Below are positions 28,660 to 38,559 of a stretch of DNA of 53,603 nucleotides, piece by piece. Position 1 is the stretch's first letter. The number at the start of each line of letters is the position of its first letter. The DNA is taken from positions 1-53,603 of the forward strand of contig JBNKUM010000033.1 of NCBI GenBank assembly GCA_050298595.1. Reading direction: 5' to 3'. The position numbers and the translations under genes are program-made. Below the pieces are notes generated by a model. The model saw nothing but the letters and a program-made list of their open reading frames with translations. It did not search any database and was not told where the DNA came from. This DNA is from Gammaproteobacteria bacterium. Its GTDB lineage: Bacteria; Pseudomonadota; Gammaproteobacteria; GCA-001735895.

Positions 28660-31106
28660 GCGCTAAAGCGCCCAGTATTTATAAGCATGTGTCGCCGCTT
28701 GAGCGCCCAGCCCAGCATCACCAGAGTAGCGATGATCAATAACCAGGTTTCTGGTTCCGGTATCGTCGGTACCGTGCCTTCCTCCACTGGCTGTAATCCA
28801 TTCGCATCATATTGCTGCTGATTCTCCAGTACGACCGCACCACTCACCGGGGTTACTAGTTGATAACGCGCCGCTATCTGGATCGCCCTTTTTCTCTGTT
28901 CGATAGTGCCTGCAGCAATCAACGCCTGAATACGATCATAGGCCCACAGACGCAGCAGATGATCCGAGATTAGCTGGCCAGAAAATTTAAAATCACTGCC
29001 TGCAATCTCGTCGCGTATCGTATTCCATTGCTGATGCTGACCGCTCCACAGAGCAAATTGATAGGATAAATCCTGTTGCAGATTAGCAATACGCGCAACT
29101 GGCTTAAACTGAACCTTCTCATCCAGCGCTTCAGCAATTCGGTTCACCTTGCTAGCGACTGGAAAATCATATATCTCTGGCCCCTTTGGTCGACGTTGCC
29201 AGTTTTGGCGCAGATTATCGACTGTCGTCAACATCACAGGCTGTGGACCATGTATCCACAACAGAGCCGAGTTTTGATACCGTGACGCCACTGACCAGGC
29301 GTATTCAAGTGCAGGCGTATTATCGACCCCACCGACAAAATCGAAATCCCTCAAACGCTGTGCAAGCTGCCTTGGCAGAGAAAAATTGGCAGCATCAATC
29401 CCTGCGCTCAATTCACTGATTTCATCGCCCGCAACAATCACAGTCAGTCCGAAAGACTCCGGCAGCTTCAGGATAGCATCGGCAATCTGATCGCTATAAT
29501 CCTGCATGGATTGAGAGCCATCGATCACCATCACCAGATGATCAATCTTCACACTGCGCTTAACCAGGCGTTGCCTCACCACGGATTCTGCTTTGATCCG
29601 ATTATTCAATGTATGAACCTCTGTCACTTGACTATCACGCGAAACCAGCACCGCATTAGACGGACTTTTTAATCCTGCATCATCCAGCTTACCGCGTAGT
29701 GTGGCAGCGCCCGAGTTTCCTGATTCAAGTATCAGGTGGGTTCGCTCACTGCGCATGGTGGCTTTAGAATCCAGCCACAGCGAATGCTGAAAATCATCGG
29801 CAATACTAAAATTTTGCTGTTTGAAAAACGGCAGGCGCAAAATCCCCTCGCTTGCATCCCTGATCACCAGCGGCGCAGTCATTCCAATGCGAGCCTTGAT
29901 CTTGCCGCCAACAGGAACCGGGAACAATTGCACCAGCACGGTATCAGGCCCTGCCGTGGTCACCAGAATCGGATCACGCTGTCGCCTCACTACCGACTGG
30001 TAAGCCTGACGCGCCTGCCCCTTAGCAGCAAAAGCTGCCTCGCGTTCTTCTCCATCAATCCACAGGGTAACCCTCGACACCACTGCACCTGGCGGTAATG
30101 CTATCTGAGCACGCGCCTCAGCCTGACGAAGCGATTGATTACTGAATTCGAAAGTCCACTGCAGATAGGCAAACGCAGCATCGCTATCTATGCTGCCATC
30201 GATCTGCGAGCTACTGAGTTGCACATACTGCAACTTTTTACCGACAGACGCCCCACCCTGATCAAAATCAAAATTGAAGCGGCGTGAATTTTCCATCAGG
30301 CCGAGTCTGCGATAGCTAGCAAACTCCTGCTCGTTGAACGCCTGTCCAGTAACCCGGTAATACACTTCACGCACCTTATCAGGGCCTACCCAAGGCTCAT
30401 TCCAGCTGTAAAGCATCGACAACAAATCGCGTGATCTCCTGCGTTGATCGTAGCAATAAGCCAATAGACGATCATGGTTAGCGAAGTTACGCAGCAAACG
30501 CACACCACGCAACTGATGTGCATGATCTTCTGATGTCGCCATGCGCAGACCGACCTCGGTGAGTGTCAGCGGAATTTCAGCAGCAATCAAAACGATTAAT
30601 CCCACCAGTATTCCCGCCGGATAAAAGCGTCCATCCTGAACCGTTAATGAAGGTATGGGATCTGTAATTGCGGGTGATGGTATGGCGCTGCGACACCTGA
30701 TCGCAGCAATCAGTGAAAGTATCGGAGCCAAAGGCAGAAAACCAATCAAAAAGATTATCCCAATCACAGCCATCGGCATAATCGGAATAAACAACACGCT
30801 GTAAAACGCGCTAACGACGATAGCGATACCATTCAGGAATAATATCCTGCGTCGGCTGGACTGAAAGCGCCCCCAGCTTGCCAGCAATGCAAGCAGATTG
30901 GCCAGAGGTACCACAGCTACCAACAGCCCATGCAGCAAGGTAGGTATAGGGTCGAAAAATGACTGTTCACACCAGGCAAACAACACTTCAATAGCTAACG
31001 CGACCAGTGGTAAAACAATACCAAAACTGATGACATAGAAAATCTCAACCGCACTCAATATTTTTCCACCGGTGCTCGGATTTTTTTGTATTTGCTCTGT
31101 GTTCAT
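28656..31106 (-). CDS. Integral-membrane VIT + vWA protein with C-terminal PEP-CTERM sorting signal
   Basis: About 5 N-terminal TM helices; VIT motifs EARAQIALPPGAVVSRVTLWIDGEEREAAF, RDPILV, FPVP; MIDAS DGSQS; C-terminal IPEPETWLLIIATLVMLGWALKRR. Start 31106 with GAGGA RBS. Confidence 0.9.
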   Translation of the reverse strand: MNTEQIQKNPSTGGKILSAVEIFYVISFGIVLPLVALAIEVLFAWCEQSFFDPIPTLLHGLLVAVVPLANLLALLASWGRFQSSRRRILFLNGIAIVVSAFYSVLFIPIMPMAVIGIIFLIGFLPLAPILSLIAAIRCRSAIPSPAITDPIPSLTVQDGRFYPAGILVGLIVLIAAEIPLTLTEVGLRMATSEDHAHQLRGVRLLRNFANHDRLLAYCYDQRRRSRDLLSMLYSWNEPWVGPDKVREVYYRVTGQAFNEQEFASYRRLGLMENSRRFNFDFDQGGASVGKKLQYVQLSSSQIDGSIDSDAAFAYLQWTFEFSNQSLRQAEARAQIALPPGAVVSRVTLWIDGEEREAAFAAKGQARQAYQSVVRRQRDPILVTTAGPDTVLVQLFPVPVGGKIKARIGMTAPLVIRDASEGILRLPFFKQQNFSIADDFQHSLWLDSKATMRSERTHLILESGNSGAATLRGKLDDAGLKSPSNAVLVSRDSQVTEVHTLNNRIKAESVVRQRLVKRSVKIDHLVMVIDGSQSMQDYSDQIADAILKLPESFGLTVIVAGDEISELSAGIDAANFSLPRQLAQRLRDFDFVGGVDNTPALEYAWSVASRYQNSALLWIHGPQPVMLTTVDNLRQNWQRRPKGPEIYDFPVASKVNRIAEALDEKVQFKPVARIANLQQDLSYQFALWSGQHQQWNTIRDEIAGSDFKFSGQLISDHLLRLWAYDRIQALIAAGTIEQRKRAIQIAARYQLVTPVSGAVVLENQQQYDANGLQPVEEGTVPTIPEPETWLLIIATLVMLGWALKRRHMLINTGRFSA

Positions 31107-31190
31107 AATGTTCTTCCTCTTGATAGACACATTATGCGTAAGCAATGTGCAGGACAAATGTCCGATATGCGCAGATTAAAAGGAAACTTT

Positions 31191-31208
31191 GTGCAAAAGT
31201 AGTGCAAA
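31191..31208 (-). promoter_or_regulatory. OmpR/CreB-type tandem direct repeat upstream of the VIT gene
   Basis: GTGCAAA at 31191 and 31202 (11-bp period); minus strand TTTGCAC-N4-TTTGCAC. Confidence 0.55.
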
Positions 31209-31479
31209 CAACAGAACTAACTACTTACATACGTTTAAGATTACCTGATTACACCTTAAACTCAGTTAATTTAACGAACTTAAAAAAAACTTACCACAGA
31301 GAAGATAAAGGAGGAAAAAGTTGGCCAGATTACTATCCTGCTCTAATACTTAAGAAAGCTTTGAAATCTAAAGGAAAATTTTTTTACCTCTGTGGTGAAA
31401 AAATTCTAAATATTGAATAACCTGCCTCTAACGATACAATTGTGCGCGAAATTGCAGAAGCCACTCTCAGGAGAGTCAA

Positions 31480-32250
31480 ATGGACAAAAACACAGAAAAT
31501 TTATGGTCTCGACATCCCTCACTTAAAGACCGCGTCGTATTCATCACGGGTGGTGCATCCGGTATCGGTGCTGACATGGTCAGGGCGTTTGTCGACCAGG
31601 GCGCTAAAGTTGGCTTTCTGGATAGAAACGTCGAGCTCGCCACTAAACTTGTCGATGAACTGGATGGCAACTGCCATTTCGTTGCAACCGATCTGTGCGA
31701 AATCGCCTCGCTCAAACAGTCTATATCTGAATTACAGGACAAGCTGGGGGCTGCCTTTGTGCTGGTCAATAACGCCGCTAATGATGACCGCCATGACTGG
31801 CAATCAGTGACCGCAGAGTACTGGGATGAAAGAATGGCGACCAATCTTCGACATCAGTTTTTTGCCATCCAGGCCGTGGCGCCGGGCATGATTGAACGAG
31901 GAGAAGGCTCGATCATCAACCTGGGGTCAAATTCCTGGTGGGAAGCCGGAGGAGGATTCCCTGCGTATGCCACAGCCAAGGCCGCAATACATGGCCTGAC
32001 CCGAACCATGGCCAGAGACCTGGGGCAGCATGGTATTCGCGTAAATACCGTAGTCCCCGGATGGATCATGACTGAGCGTCAAAAAGAACTCTGGGTCACT
32101 GATGAATCATTGGCTGCTCATCTCAAACGCCAGTGCCTGCATACCCCCATCGACCCCATATACATCGCCCGTATGGTGCTATTTCTAGCCTCCGATGATG
32201 CCCGCATGTGCAGCGCCAGTAATTTTATGGTAGATGCCGGTTCTATTTAA
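31480..32250 (+). CDS. SDR-family oxidoreductase, aldose (xylose/sulfoquinovose-type) 1-dehydrogenase-like
   Basis: TGGASGIG, NNAANDDRH, YATAK, PGWIMTERQ. Confidence 0.9.
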   Translation: MDKNTENLWSRHPSLKDRVVFITGGASGIGADMVRAFVDQGAKVGFLDRNVELATKLVDELDGNCHFVATDLCEIASLKQSISELQDKLGAAFVLVNNAANDDRHDWQSVTAEYWDERMATNLRHQFFAIQAVAPGMIERGEGSIINLGSNSWWEAGGGFPAYATAKAAIHGLTRTMARDLGQHGIRVNTVVPGWIMTERQKELWVTDESLAAHLKRQCLHTPIDPIYIARMVLFLASDDARMCSASNFMVDAGSI

Positions 32251-32324
32251 TCCACAGGCAGTACACTTGCACAGCGATGTCAGCATTGCCATTGATTCTT
32301 TAAAAATACCTTATAATCCAGCGC

Positions 32325-33017
32325 ATGAAAAAAATTCTGATTGTTGACGATGATGCCCATATCCGCGATGTATTAAGTTACGCGCTTAAGAATGAAGGCT
32401 TCACTATCGTCGAGGCGGAAAACGGACGTATTGCGCTGGAGAAATTTACCAGCGAGCAACCTGATCTGCTGATACTCGATATTATGATGCCAGAACTGGA
32501 TGGCATTAGCGTGTGCCGTGAACTGAGAAAATCCCATGCCACGCCGATCATCTTTCTGTCATCACGCGATGACGAAATCGACCGCGTGCTGGGGCTGGAG
32601 TTAGGCGGTGACGATTACATCAGCAAGCCCTTTAGTCCACGCGAACTTGTCGCCAGGGTACGGGCGGTACTGCGCCGTGTGAATCCCAGCGAATCCGCTG
32701 TGCCAGAACCAGACCGCCAGCTACAACAGGGTCAGTTAAAGATCGATCTTGATCAGTTCAAGGTTTTCTGGGGCGAGCAGGAACTCGTCTTTACCGTAAC
32801 CGAATTCGCATTATTACGCACACTGATCCAGCATCCGGGACGGGTATTCAGCCGTCAGGCGTTAATGGATGCCTCCTACGACTTTAACAATGTGGTCAGT
32901 GATCGAACAATCGACAGCCACATGCGCCGGGTACGCGCCAAACTCAGCCAGGCCGGTGCTAACCCGATTGAAACCGTACATGGTGTGGGTTACAAGCTGG
33001 ATGACTGTAAGGGCTGA
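32325..33017 (+). CDS. OmpR-family response regulator (CreB/ChvI-like)
   Basis: REC plus winged helix (RTIDSHMRRVRAKL, IETVHGVGY). Confidence 0.94.
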   Translation: MKKILIVDDDAHIRDVLSYALKNEGFTIVEAENGRIALEKFTSEQPDLLILDIMMPELDGISVCRELRKSHATPIIFLSSRDDEIDRVLGLELGGDDYISKPFSPRELVARVRAVLRRVNPSESAVPEPDRQLQQGQLKIDLDQFKVFWGEQELVFTVTEFALLRTLIQHPGRVFSRQALMDASYDFNNVVSDRTIDSHMRRVRAKLSQAGANPIETVHGVGYKLDDCKG

Positions 33018-33020
33018 TTA

Positions 33021-34613
33021 ATGAAATGGAAGCCACGTGTTCGTAGTATCTTATTACTGGTTAATCTCAGCATTCTGATCTTGCCATTGGCGGGCATTGG
33101 TATATTGCGCCTGTACGAAAACGCCCTGCTCCAGCAAACCGAATCCGAACTCAGCGCACAGGCCGCCTTCGTCGCCGCTGTCTATAAATCAGCCCTGTTG
33201 AGAAACTTTCAACAGTCAATTGAAGGCCCGACTATCGCAAACTATGGAATCCCCTTACCCGACGCTAAAAGCACAAAGCATGAACTGTGGCAGCCCCAGC
33301 CACCTCAACTCGATCTCGCTAGCGATGACATCCTGCCTCCACCGCCAGACCCTGAAATAACGACAGCGCGGATCCCTGCTGCAGTACTGCTAGCCGGTGA
33401 AGAAACCACCCGCATCATGAAAGATGCACAGCAAACCACGCTGGCAGCAATCCGTGTAGTGGATATTAGTGCATCAATCATTGCAACTACCGGCGACGAT
33501 AGGCACCAGTCGCTTGCTAACTGGCAGGAAGTGAACCGTGCGTTAAGCGGAGAGTTCTACTCCGTACTGCGCCAGAGAGTCTCTGATCAGCCAACGCCAG
33601 CGCTGACGTCTATCAGTCGAGGCACTCTGGTACGTATATTCCATACCACTCCGGTTATTCATCAGGGACGCATACTGGGCGCTGTCATCCTTTCGCGCAC
33701 GCCAACCAACATTGGGCAATCATTCTATAAACATCGCTTCGAACTGATGATAGCGGGGTTGATACTAATCGGCCTGGTGCTGGCATTCACTGTCATCACA
33801 GCACTCACTATCACCGCCCCGCTGGAAGCGGTAACCCGACAGGCTAATCACGTTGCTGGCGGTAATCCCGGCCCGGTCACAGCACTCAAACAACCGGTGA
33901 CTTACGAGGTTTCGCAATTGTCACAGGCCGTAGTGAAAATGGCCGAGCACCTGGATGCCCGTGCGCGCTATATACAGGATCTTGCCGCACAGGTATCGCA
34001 TGCCTTCAAGACACCACTGACCTCAATGCGCGGTGCCATTGAGTTATTGCAGGATCATGCGCAGAACATGTCAGAAACTGATCGCAATCGGTTTTTAGGC
34101 AATCTGGATAAGGACGCTGAACACCTGAATACACTGGTGCAACAATTACTGGAGCTAGCGCGTGCTGACACCATCCAGGCAGATCGATCCATCTCATCCG
34201 TACTACCCATTATCGAAAAGGTTTCAGAGAGATTTAGAAGCATGGGTCTTTTCGTAGAGATAACAGGGCGCAATAGCCAGGTAATGATCAACGAGGAAAT
34301 TCTGCAATCGACATTGGTCAACCTTTTTGACAACGCCCATTTACACGGCGGCAGCCACATTGCTGTCTCGCTCACTGAAATTAGCGCAGAAAAACTCTGC
34401 AGTATCAAAATAGCGGATAATGGGCCTGGCGTAACACCTGCCAATAGAGAGACTATCTTTGAACCTTTTTTCACCACCGCACGAGACCAGGGTGGATCAG
34501 GTTTAGGCCTGGCGGTAACCCGATCTTTACTCAAGGCTTATAGAGCGAGTATTGAATTGATTCCATCTGCTAATGGGGCTTTATTTGAGATCAAATTAAA
34601 GGTGGCGGATTAA
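33021..34613 (+). CDS. Two-TM HAMP sensor histidine kinase (CreC-like)
   Basis: H-box SHAFKTPLT, NLFDNA, DNGPG, FEPFFTT, GSGLGL. Confidence 0.92.
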   Translation: MKWKPRVRSILLLVNLSILILPLAGIGILRLYENALLQQTESELSAQAAFVAAVYKSALLRNFQQSIEGPTIANYGIPLPDAKSTKHELWQPQPPQLDLASDDILPPPPDPEITTARIPAAVLLAGEETTRIMKDAQQTTLAAIRVVDISASIIATTGDDRHQSLANWQEVNRALSGEFYSVLRQRVSDQPTPALTSISRGTLVRIFHTTPVIHQGRILGAVILSRTPTNIGQSFYKHRFELMIAGLILIGLVLAFTVITALTITAPLEAVTRQANHVAGGNPGPVTALKQPVTYEVSQLSQAVVKMAEHLDARARYIQDLAAQVSHAFKTPLTSMRGAIELLQDHAQNMSETDRNRFLGNLDKDAEHLNTLVQQLLELARADTIQADRSISSVLPIIEKVSERFRSMGLFVEITGRNSQVMINEEILQSTLVNLFDNAHLHGGSHIAVSLTEISAEKLCSIKIADNGPGVTPANRETIFEPFFTTARDQGGSGLGLAVTRSLLKAYRASIELIPSANGALFEIKLKVAD

Positions 34614-35131
34614 AAATAGTTATTCAGATGCCTCTGACATAAAAACAACTGCTTATCCAGGATGGAAAAATAGTGATAGTATTTAAACTATCGAAAAAAA
34701 TAAATATAAAGGCGTATGGCCATTTTTAACGGAAACAGCGAATTAAAATGGAACTAATCATTAATTTTTTCAAAGATTTACAAATCCAAAAAGTTACCGG
34801 GGGGAACAAAATGGCCAGCCCTCTAATATGTATTTAGAGACCAACTGCCTTTGAATTTTACTGTTAATGCGTATTCAGTGATGAAAATAACTTTATAGTA
34901 AAGCTACCACTTTTAAAGCAAGTGGTTTTGTTACAGATTTTTATAGTAGTAAATCAAAGGTCAGTAACAACCAACAAAAAGCGAAGTTTTTTTATAATCT
35001 GGAAATATAAGAATGAGAAGGAACGAAATTAACGGTTTAACACTTACCTCAAAAGCCTTGCAAGGCTTTCAAAATCAGGCTTCAAAAACCCTGCACTCCA
35101 TAATAAGTGAGCAGTGTTTAATCACTGTTCA

Positions 35132-35196
35132 CATTAACAACCTCCACTGGAAAAACAAAAGCATCGCTATGCTTTTTTCCCCTGTAGATGTTAGCG
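35132..35196 (+). other. Degenerate integron attC-like site 1
   Basis: CATTAAC start, inner IR GGAAAAA-C-AAAAGCAT-cgct-ATGCTTTTTTCC, ends GTTAGCG nine nt before an ATG. Confidence 0.55.
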
Positions 35197-35205
35197 CTTT
35201 AAGTC

Positions 35206-35578
35206 ATGAAACTATCAATACTATCGTTACTTCTCTGTTTCATTATTTTCCTGATTTTAGGGAAAAAGGGTCTTGAGGTTTATTTTCCTTTGGCTCAATA
35301 AATTACACTCACTGGTGATTGCATTTACGCTCTAAGTAATGACTCTTTGATATGTACTTCAGAAAACTGGCTAAAAGGTCATGTAAGTTATTTAGAAATT
35401 GATAAGGTTCAAAAGGAATATTTAAAAGTGCCAGATTCATCATAAATTCATGATGGCTATTTTTTAGTCACGAATAAATTTAACAAAAATATTGGAGATA
35501 GCAGTCACAACTGATAAAGAATTTAAAAAAACTGTTTTTCAAATTAGTCCGAGTCTTATAAGTAAGTATGAAAATTAA
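35206..35578 (+). pseudogene. Decayed AT-rich cassette-like gene (membrane/exported protein)
   Basis: MKLSILSLLLCFIIFLILGKKGLEVYFPLAQ*ITLTGDCIYALSNDSLICTSENWLKGHVSYLEIDKVQKEYLKVPDSS*IHDGYFLVTNKFNK, then a probable frameshift to ...FQISPSLISKYEN*; in-frame TAA at 35299 and 35443. Confidence 0.55.
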
Positions 35579-35584
35579 TATGAC

Positions 35585-35650
35585 TTATAACAATAAGTTT
35601 CAATGGATTTGCTCAGTTCGTTCGCTCTCCATTTAGCTTGGGCGATAGCG
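35585..35650 (+). other. Degenerate integron attC-like site 2
   Basis: TTATAAC-AATAA-GTTTCAATGGA...TCCATTTAGC-TTGGGC-GATAGCG; attC-like spacing with GAT in place of the core GTT. Confidence 0.5.
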
Positions 35651-35751
35651 CGATCAACCACGTGCTTACCCGAGGGATTGGTAAAAGTCGTATCAACTTG
35701 AAAACAATACTTTTTCTTTGCTGATAAACCCAAACAACTAGGAGGTCGACT

Positions 35752-38559
35752 ATGAAAGCACAAGAAATCATGAAAAATGCAAGAGTTCGCTATGATGAAA
35801 AAACAAGTATTCCCAGACGCATTGATTGCCGCGTGGCCGTATCGCCAGGGGACACACCAGAGAAGGCGTCGCTTGCCCTGCTCACTGAGTTAAGCGCCAC
35901 GTTGCGCCTGTCCACTGATAAAAAGGATCTGCAGATCAAACAGAGCAAGACCACCTCCACCGGCTCTTATGTCCGGTTTCAGCAGTACATCGATGGGGTG
36001 CAGGTAGTGGGTGGCGAGGTGGTGGTACACAGCGACCGGACTGGTTTTCTTCGGCGAATCAATGCCAACCATCAGCCCCGGGAGTCGGTGCTCACCACCG
36101 CCAAACAGGAGAAGATCTCGGCGGCCGAGGCGGAGAAGATCATGCGCCGCGCGGTGGGGGAGAATTTCACCATCCGGCCCAAGGGCAAGCTGAGCACCGA
36201 ACGCGTCTATTTCCGCACGGCGGCCGACCTGCGTCTGGCCTGGCTGGTGATTGCCAACACCCTGCAGCCACCCCATGACTGGTACGTCTACGTGGATGCG
36301 GAAAACGGCAGCGTGCTGGCCCTGGAGGACCACATTATGTTCGTTGACGGGCAGGGCATGGTGTTTAACCCCAACCCAGTTGTCACCCTGAACGACAATA
36401 CCATCCGGGAAGGCACCACCGCGGAGGCCACCCTAAATGGCGAACGGCAGACCGTGGTTCTTCGGGATATCACCGGACCGGTGGGCGGCAACTATACCTT
36501 GAGCGGCCCCTTCTGCAATATTGTCAATCTGGCCAACCCTAATATCGGCATTCCCCAGGAAAACAGCGCCACCGGCTTCAACTACACCCGGACGGATGAT
36601 AATTTCGAGGCGGTCAATGTCTATTATCATATCGATTCCCTGCAGCGTTACATCCAGGACACCCTGGGCATCAATGATGCCAACAACCGGGCCATCGACG
36701 CCGACCCCCATGACAACCACATGAACGCTGCCTGGTATTCGCCCTCCACCAAGGATCTGCATTTTTCCGATTCCGGACCAACCCAGCCGGACAGGGCCGA
36801 GGATTCGGACTGCATGGCCCATGAGTACCTCCATGCCATCCAGGATGATATGGTGCCGGGCTGGGGGAATCCGGTGGCGGGGACGACCCGTTATGAGAGC
36901 CGGGCCATCGGCGAGGGCTTCGGCGATATGACGGCGGTACTTTATAATATCCTGCACGGCAACGGCTACCAGCGGCAGGTCATGGAGGACTGGGTTTTTG
37001 TCCATAATAACCTGGGGGACGGCCTGCGGGGTCTGCGGCGGGTCGACCATGACAAGCTCTATTCCGCTTTTGTAGCCGGTCAACTATTCCCAGGGACCAC
37101 TCAATATACCTATTATCCCAACAGCGAGATCTGGTCGGGCGCCCTGTGGAATATCTTTCTGGCCATGGGAGGGGATTCGCCCACCGTAACCGACTGGGAG
37201 GAGCCGAGGGATATCCTGCTCAAGGCCATGATCGCCAGCAACCGGCTGCTCACCACCAGCGCCTCCATGCCCGAGGCGGCCGAGGCGCTGATGAACACCC
37301 ATGAGGAACTGGAGGATCAATGCGGCCGTCAGCTTGTGCCGATGATCGACGAATTCCATGACCGGGAAATCCTCGAGTGCCAGGGCGGCTCCGATATCAG
37401 GCTAACCAGTCTATGGTCCCAGCAGGATAACAGCAGCATCAGAAGCTGGGAGCAGGTGGAGTTTGGTCAGGATAACTGGTTCTATGCGGTAATCACCAAC
37501 CAGGGCGCAATGGCCGCTCGCTCGCTAGTGGTGAACTTCAGCTTCAAGAGCCCCTTCTCCACCCCGGTCTACTCGGCAGATTTCCGTAACAACATCATCA
37601 GCGCCGTGGCCGAATTCGATCTGGCCCCCGGCGAGACGCGTACCATCTGGGGACGCTGGGACAAGGATCTGATCCCGGCCATCCCTGCCGGCCAAACGTC
37701 GCTACACGGCTGTATCCTGGCGGAGATCTATAATCCCGTTGACCATGTGCCAGCCGGGGTGACCAGCATCGGTGCCAGCAACGGCAAGCTGCGCCAGTGC
37801 AACACCGATGTCGTCGATCTGGTACCGGGTGATTCGGCTGATTTCCATTTCACCATCAGCAACTTTCATCTTAAATATGAGGAACTGGTGCGGCTTGAGG
37901 TAATCCGGCCCGACCGCTGGCCAGGGCTCGCAGTCTCCTTCTCCCACCATAATAAGTATGTCATTAGTGAGCTCCTGCAGCAGGCCAGAGAGCTGGCAGT
38001 GCAGCGGGTCAGCGTTCAGGAGGAGATGCTGGCAGTGCAGCAGCCGTCAGTACGTTTCCAGCAGGCGACACGTATCGAAGTGGCGAGCTCCACGCCGGGG
38101 GAACAGATTGTACTGGACCTTGCCCCGAATTCCTCCATGAGACTGAAAACAGCAGCTGTTTCCTCAAAGTCTGCCACATCCCTGGCCGAATTTTCCCGCT
38201 GCGATGCGGTAGCGGTGAAACAGGAGCTGGGCAGCGTCCTGATGCTGAAACCTGGCATCCGCACGGGTTTTGTCTATACCATGAAACCCCACCAGCGCCG
38301 GACGCTAAAGGTCTCGGTCCAGGCGCCGGCAGACGCCAAACCAGGTGATGAGTTCACCGTGGAATTCGTCCAGCGCAATGCCAAGGGTGAGTTCATCGGC
38401 GGCTTTGATGTGCTGGTCCGTGTGGTAGAGAAGAAAAAGACGCCGGTTATTATCAAACCACCGGTCATCCGGGAAAAGATCAATGTGAAAGCAAAGACTA
38501 CTTCCACAGTGAAGAAGACCAGAACCGCCAGGAAACAGGTGGCGCGTAAAAGGTCGTAA
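35752..38559 (+). CDS. M36/M4-like zinc metallopeptidase (FTP/PepSY-like propeptide, catalytic domain, C-terminal Ig/CARDB-like module, basic tail), no signal peptide
   Basis: YVRFQQYIDGVQVVG (FTP-like), VYVDAENGSVL (PepSY-like), HEYLH, GEGFGD, EIWSGALW; AGGAGG RBS. Confidence 0.88.
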   Translation: MKAQEIMKNARVRYDEKTSIPRRIDCRVAVSPGDTPEKASLALLTELSATLRLSTDKKDLQIKQSKTTSTGSYVRFQQYIDGVQVVGGEVVVHSDRTGFLRRINANHQPRESVLTTAKQEKISAAEAEKIMRRAVGENFTIRPKGKLSTERVYFRTAADLRLAWLVIANTLQPPHDWYVYVDAENGSVLALEDHIMFVDGQGMVFNPNPVVTLNDNTIREGTTAEATLNGERQTVVLRDITGPVGGNYTLSGPFCNIVNLANPNIGIPQENSATGFNYTRTDDNFEAVNVYYHIDSLQRYIQDTLGINDANNRAIDADPHDNHMNAAWYSPSTKDLHFSDSGPTQPDRAEDSDCMAHEYLHAIQDDMVPGWGNPVAGTTRYESRAIGEGFGDMTAVLYNILHGNGYQRQVMEDWVFVHNNLGDGLRGLRRVDHDKLYSAFVAGQLFPGTTQYTYYPNSEIWSGALWNIFLAMGGDSPTVTDWEEPRDILLKAMIASNRLLTTSASMPEAAEALMNTHEELEDQCGRQLVPMIDEFHDREILECQGGSDIRLTSLWSQQDNSSIRSWEQVEFGQDNWFYAVITNQGAMAARSLVVNFSFKSPFSTPVYSADFRNNIISAVAEFDLAPGETRTIWGRWDKDLIPAIPAGQTSLHGCILAEIYNPVDHVPAGVTSIGASNGKLRQCNTDVVDLVPGDSADFHFTISNFHLKYEELVRLEVIRPDRWPGLAVSFSHHNKYVISELLQQARELAVQRVSVQEEMLAVQQPSVRFQQATRIEVASSTPGEQIVLDLAPNSSMRLKTAAVSSKSATSLAEFSRCDAVAVKQELGSVLMLKPGIRTGFVYTMKPHQRRTLKVSVQAPADAKPGDEFTVEFVQRNAKGEFIGGFDVLVRVVEKKKTPVIIKPPVIREKINVKAKTTSTVKKTRTARKQVARKRS

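Noticed and set aside
31145-31420. 91-aa plus-strand ORF
   Set aside because: AT-rich promoter region, no RBS or recognisable motif.
34614-35130. Additional decayed cassette gene(s) in the AT-rich gap
   Set aside because: Only short broken frames and no attC-like boundary recognised upstream; BLASTX would be needed.
35013-35276. 87-aa ORF (and minus ORF 35575..35763)
   Set aside because: They run across the attC-like sites and show no protein features; likely chance.
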